Of a stretch of 35,884 bases of DNA, positions 1 to 8,854 are shown in pieces. The translations under genes and the position numbers were made by a program. Origin of the DNA: Bacteroides sp. (lineage in GTDB: Bacteria; Bacteroidota; Bacteroidia; Bacteroidales; SM23-62); assembly GCA_030667765.1 (NCBI GenBank), contig DAOUVF010000001.1:1-35884 (forward strand), read 5' to 3'. Below the pieces are notes generated by a model. The model saw nothing but the letters and a program-made list of their open reading frames with translations, was not told the DNA's origin and ran no database searches. Each line of letters starts with the position of its first letter. Position 1 is the stretch's first letter.

Positions 1-1293
1 CGCAAAGCTTCCTGCCGCTTTCAGGTCGGCCAGGCTCATGTATCCGATGAATTCCGTAAGGATGATTTTTTCACCCAATAGCCTGCCAACCAGGGTGATA
101 TCTTCAGTTGCCACACCAATAAGCCACATTAAAGGTGCAAATGCATAACCCAGCACAAATTCAAGGGATAGTTTTTCATATTGCCCGTTTGTAATATTAG
201 CGATGGCATCATTCAGGCTTGTCCAGTCTCCTATCTTCAGGAAAACAAAATTAATCATTTCAATAAAGGCGAGGAATACCAGTAACATGGCCGCCACATT
301 TACAGCCAGTCTCAGTCCCTCACCCGTTCCCCTGGAAATAGCATCCAGCACATTTTTGCCAATTTGTTCCCTGGGGATCTTCATCACTTTATTGATATCC
401 TCGGTCTGGGGCACCAATATCTTTGAAACGACAATGACCCCGGGAGCTGCCATGACAGATGCAGCCAGCAGGTGCTTGGCAAACATCAGGCGTTGCACAG
501 GATCAGTTCCACCCAGCACACTGATATATACGGCCAGTACACCTCCGGCCAGTGTTGCCATGCCGCCCGACATTACCAACAGCATCTCAGACCGGTTCAT
601 TTTCTCAAGATAAGCCTTGATCATGAACGGAGACTCTGTCTGTCCCAGGAAAATATTCCCTGCAACGGAAAGGCTTTCAGCACCTGAAATCCGAAGCACC
701 CTGCTGAGTGCCCGGGCCATTCCGTAAACGACGAATTGAATGATCCCGAAATAAAACAGGACACTGGTAAGTGCTGAAAAGAAGATGATGGTTGGCAAAA
801 TGGTGATGGCAAAGTTAAGTAATGGTTTTTCTATGATCCCTGACTCATTCGACTTAAACAGGAATTCAGTCCCTGCATAGGTAAAATCAAGGATCTTGAC
901 AAAAAGTTTCCCGACAAATTCGAAAAAAATCTGAACTGGCGGAATCCAGAGAATGCCAATGGCTAGGATCAGCTGTATGGCGAGTCCCATAAACACAACC
1001 CGCCAGTTGATGGCACCCCGGTTTGAACTGAAAAGCCAGGCGATCAGAATCAGAACCAACATGCCCAGGAGTCCCCTGAGAATCTTTACCAGGCTGAAGT
1101 TGAACCGTTCATCGCGGGGAACAATGACATTTGATTCATCGATCAGACCTGGTTTCTCCTGTACCAATGCTGTTCCGGCAGTATCAATGGCCAGGGCTTC
1201 AGAGGTATCCGGGATAGGATCTTCCTGCGATTGACCGAATGTAAGGTTTCCGTTGAGTATTAGCAGACAAACAAAGGATAATAAAAACTTCAT
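1..1293 (-). CDS. nupC: NupC/NupG (CNT family) Na+/nucleoside cotransporter, 3' end runs off the window
   Basis: Not in the ORF track. Manual translation from ATG at 1293 gives MKFLLSFVCLLILNG...LRGLLGMLVLILIAWLFSSNRGAINWRV; the same frame at the window edge reads GEKIILTEFIGYMSLADLK. These are typical CNT motifs. Confidence 0.9.
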   Translation of the reverse strand, partial: MKFLLSFVCLLILNGNLTFGQSQEDPIPDTSEALAIDTAGTALVQEKPGLIDESNVIVPRDERFNFSLVKILRGLLGMLVLILIAWLFSSNRGAINWRVVFMGLAIQLILAIGILWIPPVQIFFEFVGKLFVKILDFTYAGTEFLFKSNESGIIEKPLLNFAITILPTIIFFSALTSVLFYFGIIQFVVYGMARALSRVLRISGAESLSVAGNIFLGQTESPFMIKAYLEKMNRSEMLLVMSGGMATLAGGVLAVYISVLGGTDPVQRLMFAKHLLAASVMAAPGVIVVSKILVPQTEDINKVMKIPREQIGKNVLDAISRGTGEGLRLAVNVAAMLLVFLAFIEMINFVFLKIGDWTSLNDAIANITNGQYEKLSLEFVLGYAFAPLMWLIGVATEDITLVGRLLGEKIILTEFIGYMSLADLKAAGSFA

Positions 1294-1305
1294 TCATCAA
1301 TAATA

Positions 1306-1917
1306 TTAACTTTCAGTCCTCTTGTTGAGCTCATCCCTGATTAAAGAGGCTTTCTCGTAGTCCTCATTACCAATGGCCTCTTTCAACATTTCATTTAGTT
1401 CCTGGGTGGTAAAGTCTTCATACTCGGTCGACGAAACAGATGATGGGGTGACAGAATCAGATGCTGTTACATTCTCAGTAAGGTTGCTTGACTTTTCCTC
1501 ACTCCCGAATTCCAGCACAATCCCTGCCCTTTCCATGATCTCTTCAGTTGTATATATCGGGCATTTGAAGCGAAGTGCCAGTGCAATCGCATCGGATGTC
1601 CGGGTATCTATGGATAATTTCTTCTCCCCGTTATCACATAGTAATTTAGAATAGAATACACCCTCCTCGAGTTTATGGATATTCACTTCCAGCAGATCAA
1701 TATTGTAGGAATTGGCAAAATTCATAAAAAGATCATGTGTTAAGGGCCGCGGTGGTTTCAATCCCTCCAGCTGGATGGCGATCGACTGGGCTTCAAAACC
1801 TCCAACAATGATCGGTATTCTTCTGTCTCCACTCTCTTCAGTCAGCACCAGTGCATACGCCCCGGATTGTGTCTGACTGTAGGAAATTCCAAGAACATTC
1901 AGTTTAATCTTACTCAT
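1306..1917 (-). CDS. Bifunctional nuclease family protein (DUF151) with C-terminal UVR domain
   Basis: RRIPIIVGGFEAQSIA, PRPLTHDL and DTRTSDAIALALR motifs; C-terminal EAIGNEDYEKASLIRDEL UVR motif. Confidence 0.92.
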   Translation of the reverse strand: MSKIKLNVLGISYSQTQSGAYALVLTEESGDRRIPIIVGGFEAQSIAIQLEGLKPPRPLTHDLFMNFANSYNIDLLEVNIHKLEEGVFYSKLLCDNGEKKLSIDTRTSDAIALALRFKCPIYTTEEIMERAGIVLEFGSEEKSSNLTENVTASDSVTPSSVSSTEYEDFTTQELNEMLKEAIGNEDYEKASLIRDELNKRTES

Positions 1918-1959
1918 AACACTATGATAGATACAGGTCCTTATGCGGTTCCATTCTCA

Positions 1960-1967
1960 CAAATATA
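1960..1967 (-). promoter_or_regulatory. Bacteroidota -7 promoter element (TATATTTG) for the DUF151-nupC operon
   Basis: Matches TAnnTTTG on the minus strand about 43 bp upstream of the ATG; no clear -33 box. Confidence 0.5.
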
Positions 1968-2070
1968 ATGAAATCATTCTTTTAGTCAGAAAAATTTCAA
2001 TCTCGTTCATTATAAATAAGATCTGCCTGTCAGGGATTTTACAAATACTGTTAAAAGTCAGGATAAAATC

Positions 2071-2101
2071 TTTGCAGTTGTACTAAACTTTTATATTTTT
2101 G
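2071..2101 (+). promoter_or_regulatory. Bacteroidota housekeeping promoter for rplU-rpmA-serS
   Basis: TTTG (2071-2074), 19-bp spacer, TATTTTTG (2094-2101); matches the -33/-7 consensus. Confidence 0.75.
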
Positions 2102-2145
2102 CACTCCCAAGTTTCGGGGATTTGATAATTGAAAAACCAAACAGG

Positions 2146-2703
2146 ATGTACGCGATTGTAAATATTGCAGGTCAGCAATACAAGGTGGAGAAAGACCAGA
2201 AGATATTTGTTCACCGGTTGGAGGAAAAGGAAGGTGAATCTGTGAGCTTTGATAAAGTTCTCCTGATTGATAATGAGAAAAACGTGGTCATAGGTGAACC
2301 GACCATCAAAGGAGCCATGATCAGCGGTAAGGTAATTTCCCATCCCAGGGGAGACAAGATCAAGGTGTTTAAAAAGAAGCGTCGTAAGGGTTATAAGGTC
2401 AGGACAGGACACAGGCAGTATCTGACCGAGATACAAATAGAAGACATCATTGAGAAGGCTGCGGTCAAGGAATCCAAACCAAAAACCGCAACAGCCAAGG
2501 AGGAAAAACCGGCCGGTACAGCCTCTGCACCAAAGACTGCAGCCAAAAAACCCGCAGCTAAAAAGCCTGCAACAGCTAAACCTGCAGCAAAAAAATCAAC
2601 TGCGGCCAAATCAACTGCGGCCAAAAAGCCTGCAGCTAAGAAACCTGCAGCTAAGAAACCTGCAGTTAAAAAACCTGATGCCGGAAAAGAAACCAAGGAA
2701 TAG
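2146..2703 (+). CDS. rplU: 50S ribosomal protein L21 with Lys/Ala/Pro-rich C-terminal extension
   Basis: MYAIVNIAGQQYKV...KVFKKKRRKGYKVRTGHRQYLT; start set at ATG 2146 rather than TTG 2122. Confidence 0.98.
   Translation: MYAIVNIAGQQYKVEKDQKIFVHRLEEKEGESVSFDKVLLIDNEKNVVIGEPTIKGAMISGKVISHPRGDKIKVFKKKRRKGYKVRTGHRQYLTEIQIEDIIEKAAVKESKPKTATAKEEKPAGTASAPKTAAKKPAAKKPATAKPAAKKSTAAKSTAAKKPAAKKPAAKKPAVKKPDAGKETKE
2593..2665 (+). repeat. 15-bp coding tandem repeats in the L21 tail
   Basis: AAATCAACTGCGGCC x2 (2593-2622) and CCTGCAGCTAAGAAA x2 plus a partial copy (2629-2665); they encode KSTAA and PAAKK units. Confidence 0.85.
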
Positions 2704-2727
2704 TAAAAATTAAAACCATAAATAGCC

Positions 2728-2988
2728 ATGGCACATAAGAAAGGAGCTGGAAGCTCAAGAAATGGTAGGGAATCAGAAAGCAAGAGACTAGGGGTTAAAC
2801 TCTATGGTGGTCAGTTAGCAAAAGCTGGGAATATCATTGTACGCCAGCGTGGTACTGTGCACCATCCAGGTGAAAATGTAGGTATTGGCAAGGACCATAC
2901 ATTATTTGCGCTCATTAGCGGCACCGTTAATTTCAAAAAAAGAGCTAACAACAAATCTTTCGTTTCCGTCCTTCCTGTTGAAGTCTAG
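2728..2988 (+). CDS. rpmA: 50S ribosomal protein L27
   Basis: [24 protein letters not shown]...[10 protein letters not shown]. Confidence 0.99.
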   Translation: MAHKKGAGSSRNGRESESKRLGVKLYGGQLAKAGNIIVRQRGTVHHPGENVGIGKDHTLFALISGTVNFKKRANNKSFVSVLPVEV

Positions 2989-2999
2989 CAGAGCTTACC

Positions 3000-4286
3000 A
3001 TGTTGTCGATCTCCTTTATCCGTGAGCAGCGGGACCATTTGATCGAAAGATTAAAAGTTAAAAATTTCCACCAGGCTGAAATCATTGATGCGATTATCAG
3101 CGAAGACAACGAGCGAAGGTCCCTCCAGGTGAAACAGGATGATTTCCAGGCGGAACTGAATGCCAAATCAAGAGAGATCGGAGCACTCTACAAGGAGGGT
3201 AAAAAAGCGGCAGCAGATGAGGCCAAAGAAGCCACTGCCCGCTTAAAAGAAGAGATCAAGCAACTTCAGCAGGCTCAGAATAAAACCATCTCAACCCTGC
3301 AGGAACTCCTGGTACAAGTACCCAATATCCCCCACGTATCAGTCCCACAAGGAAAAGGAGAAGCCGACAATGAAAAGGTGAGGGAAGGCGGCAAGCTGCC
3401 TGTTCTGGCAGCCGGCTCAGTTCCCCATTGGGACCTGGTCTCGCGTTATGATATCATTGATTTTGAGCTGGGTAATAAACTGACGGGCGCCGGTTTCCCT
3501 GTATACAAGGGTAAAGGGGCAAAGCTGCAAAGAGCCCTGATCAATTTTTTCCTGGATGAAAATATTGCATCCGGGTACAAAGAGGTGCTGCCTCCCCTGA
3601 TGGTGAATGAAGACTCAGGGTTTGGAACAGGACAACTTCCCGATAAGGAAGGACAGATGTACCATATTCAGGCTGACAATTATTACCTCATCCCAACCGC
3701 TGAAGTCCCGGTAACCAATATGTTCAGGGACCAGATCCTCAGGGCGAAAGACCTGCCGGTAAAATATACGGCTTATACACCCTGCTTCCGCAGGGAGGCA
3801 GGATCCTGGGGGAAAGATGTAAGGGGACTGAACCGGCTTCACCAGTTCGACAAGGTAGAGATTGTTCAGATCGTGCACCCCGGCCATTCATACCAGGCAC
3901 TCGAGGAGATGGCTACTCATATCGAAGGTCTCATTGTCAAACTGGGCATACCCTATCGCGTTATGAGATTATGCGGTGGCGATATCAGTTTTACATCTTC
4001 CCTGACCTACGATTTTGAGGTCTATGCAGCCGCACAGGGAAAATGGCTGGAAGTCAGCTCTGTTTCCAACTTTGAATCATATCAGGCAAACCGGCTGAAA
4101 CTCAGGTTCAAGGATGAGGGTGACAAGAAAACACAACTGGCACATACCCTGAACGGAAGCGCCCTTGCCCTGCCAAGGATAGTGGCCGCCATGCTTGAGA
4201 ATAACCAGACAGCGGATGGAATAAAAATCCCTGAAATACTTCAACCTTATACCGGATTCAATCTGATATCAAATCAGATGCAGTGA
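3000..4286 (+). CDS. serS: Serine--tRNA ligase
   Basis: N-terminal coiled coil, LIPTAEVP, CFRREAGS, RLHQFDKVE, EVSSVSNF, HTLNGSALA. Confidence 0.98.
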   Translation: MLSISFIREQRDHLIERLKVKNFHQAEIIDAIISEDNERRSLQVKQDDFQAELNAKSREIGALYKEGKKAAADEAKEATARLKEEIKQLQQAQNKTISTLQELLVQVPNIPHVSVPQGKGEADNEKVREGGKLPVLAAGSVPHWDLVSRYDIIDFELGNKLTGAGFPVYKGKGAKLQRALINFFLDENIASGYKEVLPPLMVNEDSGFGTGQLPDKEGQMYHIQADNYYLIPTAEVPVTNMFRDQILRAKDLPVKYTAYTPCFRREAGSWGKDVRGLNRLHQFDKVEIVQIVHPGHSYQALEEMATHIEGLIVKLGIPYRVMRLCGGDISFTSSLTYDFEVYAAAQGKWLEVSSVSNFESYQANRLKLRFKDEGDKKTQLAHTLNGSALALPRIVAAMLENNQTADGIKIPEILQPYTGFNLISNQMQ

Positions 4287-5161
4287 CAGATCAAAGAAAG
4301 GCATACTTATATGCAGGCATAGCCATTTTTTTCTGGTCCACCGTAGCCTCGGCTTTCAAAGTTGGCCTGCAGCATATTAACTTCATCCAGTTTCTGTTTT
4401 TTGCTAGCTGGACCTCCCTGTTTATTCTGTTAATTATCAATCTTTTCCGGGGCAATCTGAAACAACTGAGATCCCTTAAAAAGAAGGATATTGCCTTTTC
4501 TGCATTAATGGGCGCCCTCAGTCCATTTGCCTATTACCTGGTGCTTTTCAAGGCCTACGAGATGTTACCTGCCCAGGTAGCCCAGCCCCTGAATATGGTC
4601 TGGCCTATCGTCCTGGTATTCCTCTCGGTAATCCTGCTCAAACAAAAAATCTCCTATAAAAGCTTTATAGCCCTGTTTATCAGTTTTATCGGTGTCTACT
4701 TCATTTCATCCCAGGGAGAGCCCGGCGTACTTGCCTTCAAGGAACCGCTTGGGGTTATCCTGGCTGCCGGCAGTTCCTTGATATGGTCACTTTACTGGAT
4801 CTACAATGTCAAGAAAGGTATGGATGAAACCCTGCAGTTATTGCTAAATTTCTTCTTTGCATCCGTATACATCACCATATTCATTCTGATTTTCAATGAT
4901 TTTCATAACCTGGACATGACAGGGACAGCGCTGGCTGTATATGCAGGCATATTCGAAATGGGTATCACATTTATCCTGTGGATCAAGGCTATGAAGTATA
5001 CCGCAAGCAATGATAAAATCAGTAATCTTGTTTATATCGCTCCCTTCCTCTCGCTGGTCTTTATTCATTATTTCGTTGGCGAGACGATTTATGTAACCTC
5101 TCTCATCGGTTTATCGTTAATCGTTATAGGAATATTAGTTGAAAAACTCCGTTTGATTTAA
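4283..5161 (+). CDS. DMT/EamA family transporter
   Basis: About 10 hydrophobic helices in two EamA-like repeats; GTGA overlap with the serS stop. Confidence 0.88.
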   Translation: MTDQRKAYLYAGIAIFFWSTVASAFKVGLQHINFIQFLFFASWTSLFILLIINLFRGNLKQLRSLKKKDIAFSALMGALSPFAYYLVLFKAYEMLPAQVAQPLNMVWPIVLVFLSVILLKQKISYKSFIALFISFIGVYFISSQGEPGVLAFKEPLGVILAAGSSLIWSLYWIYNVKKGMDETLQLLLNFFFASVYITIFILIFNDFHNLDMTGTALAVYAGIFEMGITFILWIKAMKYTASNDKISNLVYIAPFLSLVFIHYFVGETIYVTSLIGLSLIVIGILVEKLRLI

Positions 5162-5168
5162 TATTAAG

Positions 5169-6466
5169 ATGAGAATAGTTAAACCATACCGTTTAATCTA
5201 TGGATTTCTGGTGGTTTGTTTTGCCTTCCTGGTAATCACCTGTGAGAGGGATATCCTGAATCCGGAACAGAACAAGCTTACCAGGACTGTCCTGTATGAT
5301 ATCATGAAAGAATGGTATCTCTGGTACGAAACCATGCCAGACGTAAATCCTGATGATTATCATTCCCTGAACGCATTGCTTGACGACTTGCGCTACAGTC
5401 CAACTGATAGATGGAGTTATGTCATGTCTACGGAAGAATATGACAGGTATTATGGCCAGGGAGAATATATCGGTCACGGGGTCGGCCTGATCGGTGATAT
5501 GGGGGGAAGCCTGTGGACCGGCTGGGTTTATATTGATTCACCAGCTGAAAATCAGGGGGTTGTGAGGGGCTGGCAAATACTGAGCATCAATGGTGAGAAC
5601 ATTACAAACGAGACCAACCTTGACAGCCTGCTCGGTGATAATGAGGTGGGTGTGGTGAATTCCTTTACTTTCAGGAAGCCTGGGGGACAGACAATAAACC
5701 TGGATATTGAAAAGCAAATTGTGGACATAAATTCTGTCCTCTACAGTGATATTATCAATCTCAATGATACCAAAGTCGGCTACCTGGTTTACCAGCACTT
5801 CCTGGTAACATCTGTGGAAGAACTTGATGCCGTTTTTAAGGAATTTCAGGATAATCAGATCGATGACATTATTGTGGATCTGCGGTATAACCCCGGGGGA
5901 CAAGTAGATGTTGCCCAACATCTGGGAAGCCTTATTGCCGGGGAATATGCCATCAAACGGGACTTCGTCATACTGGAGTACAATGATCAGAAATCTGAAC
6001 GGAACCTGACCCGGCCATTCCTGGATGTTGAATACATGATAACCCCCACGCCTGAAAGAGTATTCTTTATTACCACTACGAGGTCTGCTTCAGCCAGTGA
6101 ACTGGTAATCAATGGCTTGATGGGACTTACCGGACTTACCAGACCTTTTGAAATATTCCTGGTCGGTGATGATACCCATGGCAAACCTTTTGGATCGATA
6201 GGGCCAGGTACATCGATTCAACCCTGATCCCCATCACATTCAGATACATGAACCGAAAAAATGAAGGTGATTTTTTTGATGGATTGCCAGCCAACTCCTA
6301 TATTGAGGAAGATATAACAAAGAATTTTGGAGATCCGGAAGAAACACTCCTGCAGGAAGTGCTGTATTTCATTGAGCATGGCAGTTTTACCGGCACAGGG
6401 GTGAAGAAATCCATCCCTGCAGATCTGCATCAATGGGACCGCATTCCACATTCCGGGGCAATCTAA
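5169..6466 (+). CDS. S41 family peptidase (PDZ + S41), probable lipoprotein; frameshifted at about 6201-6203
   Basis: [24 protein letters not shown] and GDDTHGKP motifs. After GGG at 6201-6203 the protein continues in another frame ([30 protein letters not shown]...FGDPEE), joining ORF 6248-6466. Confidence 0.85.
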
Positions 6467-6476
6467 TGATCAAAAT

Positions 6477-7034
6477 TTGAAAGAAGAGAAAATAATACTT
6501 GGCATCGATCCCGGAACCTCAATCATGGGTTATGGAATTATCAGGGGGGTTAAACAAAAACCCGAACTCCTTACCCTCGGGGTCATCGAGCTAAACAAAT
6601 TCAAAGATCATTATGTAAGAATCAGGCGGATCTTTGACCGTACCATACAGTTGATCGATCAGTACCATCCGGATGAACTGGCCATCGAGGCTCCTTTCTA
6701 TGGAAAAAATGTTCAATCCATGTTAAAACTCGGCAGGGCGCAGGGTGCAGCCATCTCAGCCGCCCTGTCCCGGGATATGCCCATTTTTGAATACGCACCC
6801 AGGAAGATAAAGATGGCCATCACCGGACAGGGGAATGCCTCCAAGGAACAGGTCGCCGGTATTCTTAAAAGCATCTTGACCATCCCTGAATTACCCAAAA
6901 ACCTGGATGCTACGGATGGTCTTGCTGCCGCAGTGTGTCATTTTTACCAGAGGGATATCCCTGACAAGGGTGGCGGTTATAACAGCTGGAAGGATTTTCT
7001 GGCCAAAAACCCCGACCGGATGTCAGGAGGTTAA
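6477..7034 (+). CDS. ruvC: Holliday junction resolvase RuvC
   Basis: [41 protein letters not shown]. Confidence 0.97.
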   Translation: MKEEKIILGIDPGTSIMGYGIIRGVKQKPELLTLGVIELNKFKDHYVRIRRIFDRTIQLIDQYHPDELAIEAPFYGKNVQSMLKLGRAQGAAISAALSRDMPIFEYAPRKIKMAITGQGNASKEQVAGILKSILTIPELPKNLDATDGLAAAVCHFYQRDIPDKGGGYNSWKDFLAKNPDRMSGG

Positions 7035-7427
7035 CTACATAGCTGAACGGATCCGGGTTGCAATCTTCTCAAATTCTTCGGGTGAAAGCTTCAGTTTGGG
7101 TCGTGAAAACTCGATGTCATAGAGTCCATTGATCGGGATCAGGTGAATATGGGCATGCGCGACTTCCAGTCCGAGTACAGCCACCCCAACCCGTTTACAA
7201 TCCGAGACCTTGTCAATGGCAAGAGCTACTTTCTTGGCAAAAACATTTAAGCCTGCCAGCACCTCATCGTCCAGATCAAAAAGGTAATCCGTTTCCTCCT
7301 TAGGGATGACCAGTGTATGACCTTTGGCCAGGGGATTAATATCAAGGAAGGCCAAATATTCTTCGTTCTCTGCAATTTTGTAACAGGGGATCTCTCCCTG
7401 TACAATTTTGGTAAAAATTGAGGCCAT
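7035..7427 (-). CDS. HIT family nucleotide hydrolase
   Basis: AFLDINP..GHTLVIPK and HAHIH histidine triad. Confidence 0.95.
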   Translation of the reverse strand: MASIFTKIVQGEIPCYKIAENEEYLAFLDINPLAKGHTLVIPKEETDYLFDLDDEVLAGLNVFAKKVALAIDKVSDCKRVGVAVLGLEVAHAHIHLIPINGLYDIEFSRPKLKLSPEEFEKIATRIRSAM

Positions 7428-7483
7428 GGATTAAAGATTTTTGTTGGATGCTACTACCCTAAATGTAGTAAAAAATGGGAAAA

Positions 7484-7957
7484 CTAGATCGATATTGCCA
7501 GTATCTCAAAACCGATCTCTCCGGATGGGACCTTTACGCTTACAACATCCCCGACTTTTTTGCCGAGCAATCCCTGGGATATAGGCGTGCTGATGGACAT
7601 TTTTCCGGCTTTCAGATCGGCTTCGGATTCAGGAACAATATGGTATTCCATGACTGCTTTACTGCTAGTATTTTTGATCTTTACCCGGTTCAGGATCTGA
7701 ACTTTGCTGGTATCGATCTGTGATTCATCTATGATCCTGTAATTTATTAAATGATCCTGTAATTTTGAAATGCGCAGTTCGAGCATCCCCTGGGCCTCTT
7801 TCGCTGCGTGATATTCTGCGTTCTCAGACAGATCACCCTTGTCCCTGGCATCAGCAATTTGCTGTGAGATGGCCGGCCTTTCTACATTGACCAGTTGATC
7901 AATCTCCTTCTTAATCTTATTCAACCCGTCCTCGGTCATAAAGGAAATCTTCGACAT
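7484..7957 (-). CDS. greA: Transcription elongation factor GreA
   Basis: ARDKGDLSENAEYHAAKEAQ signature. Confidence 0.97.
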   Translation of the reverse strand: MSKISFMTEDGLNKIKKEIDQLVNVERPAISQQIADARDKGDLSENAEYHAAKEAQGMLELRISKLQDHLINYRIIDESQIDTSKVQILNRVKIKNTSSKAVMEYHIVPESEADLKAGKMSISTPISQGLLGKKVGDVVSVKVPSGEIGFEILAISI

Positions 7958-7978
7958 AGCTAATTCTCCCTATCTAAT

Positions 7979-8011
7979 AAAAGAAAAAAGAATCCCGGTT
8001 TCAGGACTCTT
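7979..8011 (-). terminator. Intrinsic terminator-like hairpin in the greA leader
   Basis: Minus strand AAGAGTCCTG-AAAC-CGGGATTCTT forms a 10-bp stem with two G-U pairs, followed by TTTTCTTTT. Confidence 0.7.
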
Positions 8012-8019
8012 TGTACGTG

Positions 8020-8051
8020 TAAAGATAAAAAAATTTCTAAAAACAGGCAAA
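8020..8051 (-). promoter_or_regulatory. Putative greA promoter
   Basis: Minus strand TTTG (8051-8048), 20-bp spacer, TATCTTTA (8027-8020); one mismatch to TAnnTTTG. Confidence 0.55.
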
Positions 8052-8072
8052 CAGAAACAGTTCAATGCCGCC

Positions 8073-8516
8073 CTAAAAATACTTCCTTGGTAATATTTCG
8101 CTGTAAATAATGGCCCTTGTTATCTCATCTACATCTCTGAAAAGACCATCCAGGCTCTTTTTCCCTTGATCATCTTCCGTTTCGGCAGTGAAATCAGGCT
8201 TATGTGCCTTCTGTTGAGGAACCGGTGCAGCAAGATACTCTTCCTCATCATCAATGATTATCTGTTCTTCATCCTCCAGGATCTCCGGTGATTCTTCCTC
8301 AAGGGTTTCGTACCGGGACTGTCCCGTCAGGATCTGCTCAAGCCTGCTAAAAGGATCAAGAGCCGGTTGCCGGGACTGCGTGCCTGGACTGGCAGGGGAA
8401 GGGGCGGGTTTTTTCATTTGCTGGGCCTGCTTTCTGCGCCTGCTGCCCAAGCCGCTGACTGCCAGGATAATAATGCCGAGGATGATATAAAAAATGCTGT
8501 CAATATCTATTTTCAT
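8073..8516 (-). CDS. Hypothetical membrane-anchored protein (YqfB-like C-terminal motif)
   Basis: N-terminal TM helix followed by a basic patch, low-complexity acidic middle, C-terminal RAIIYSEILPRKY. Confidence 0.75.
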   Translation of the reverse strand: MKIDIDSIFYIILGIIILAVSGLGSRRRKQAQQMKKPAPSPASPGTQSRQPALDPFSRLEQILTGQSRYETLEEESPEILEDEEQIIIDDEEEYLAAPVPQQKAHKPDFTAETEDDQGKKSLDGLFRDVDEITRAIIYSEILPRKYF

Positions 8517-8851
8517 CTGCGTCGCTTTTTTCTTTTCTTTTTCCCGTTAAACAGGCCTTTGTAAAATGGTTCCTTCTTCCCTGTATTATAGTGATCAGAT
8601 CTTTTCCTGGTCTCCTTCATGCGTGCCTGTACTTCCTTGGTTTGGATATCCTGCCTGTGCTTGAGGGCTGCCTGTCGCCTTTGATCATAATCCTTCTTCT
8701 CCTTCTGCTTCAATTGTTCCTGCCTGCGCTCAGCCTGTTTGACCTTTCTTGTCTGGGCCTGCAGGGAAGCAACCTGCAGCAGCAACAAAAACAGGAAGAG
8801 AAAAACCCTGATCAGGAACAATTTAATTATCTTTGTCCCGTTCTTATCCAC
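8513..8851 (-). CDS. Hypothetical basic exported protein (start uncertain)
   Basis: Hydrophobic signal-like segment ending in LQA-Q, then a K/R/Q-rich helical body; ATGA overlap with the downstream gene. Confidence 0.65.
   Translation of the reverse strand: MDKNGTKIIKLFLIRVFLFLFLLLLQVASLQAQTRKVKQAERRQEQLKQKEKKDYDQRRQAALKHRQDIQTKEVQARMKETRKRSDHYNTGKKEPFYKGLFNGKKKRKKRRR
8828..8835 (+). promoter_or_regulatory. -7 promoter element (TATCTTTG) for the lipoprotein gene at 8855
   Basis: Exact TAnnTTTG match 19 bp before ATG 8855. Confidence 0.55.
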
Positions 8852-8854
8852 GCA

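Noticed and set aside
203..1234. Plus-strand ORFs 203-613, 472-687 and 953-1234
   Set aside because: Antisense shadows of the minus-strand nupC gene, which the ORF track missed
2593..2665. Short direct repeats as a possible CRISPR array
   Set aside because: In-frame coding repeats with no spacers and no cas genes
2391..2783. Minus-strand ORF with AAGFL repeats resembling a membrane protein
   Set aside because: Reverse-complement of the L21 PAAKK tail
7452..7475. TACTAC/GTAGTA inverted repeat between greA and HIT
   Set aside because: Short AT-rich stem, and the U-tract is on the wrong side for minus-strand termination
8591..8854. N-terminal 88-aa extension of ORF 8591-9379
   Set aside because: Overlaps the minus-strand gene; the promoter and lipoprotein signal point to ATG 8855
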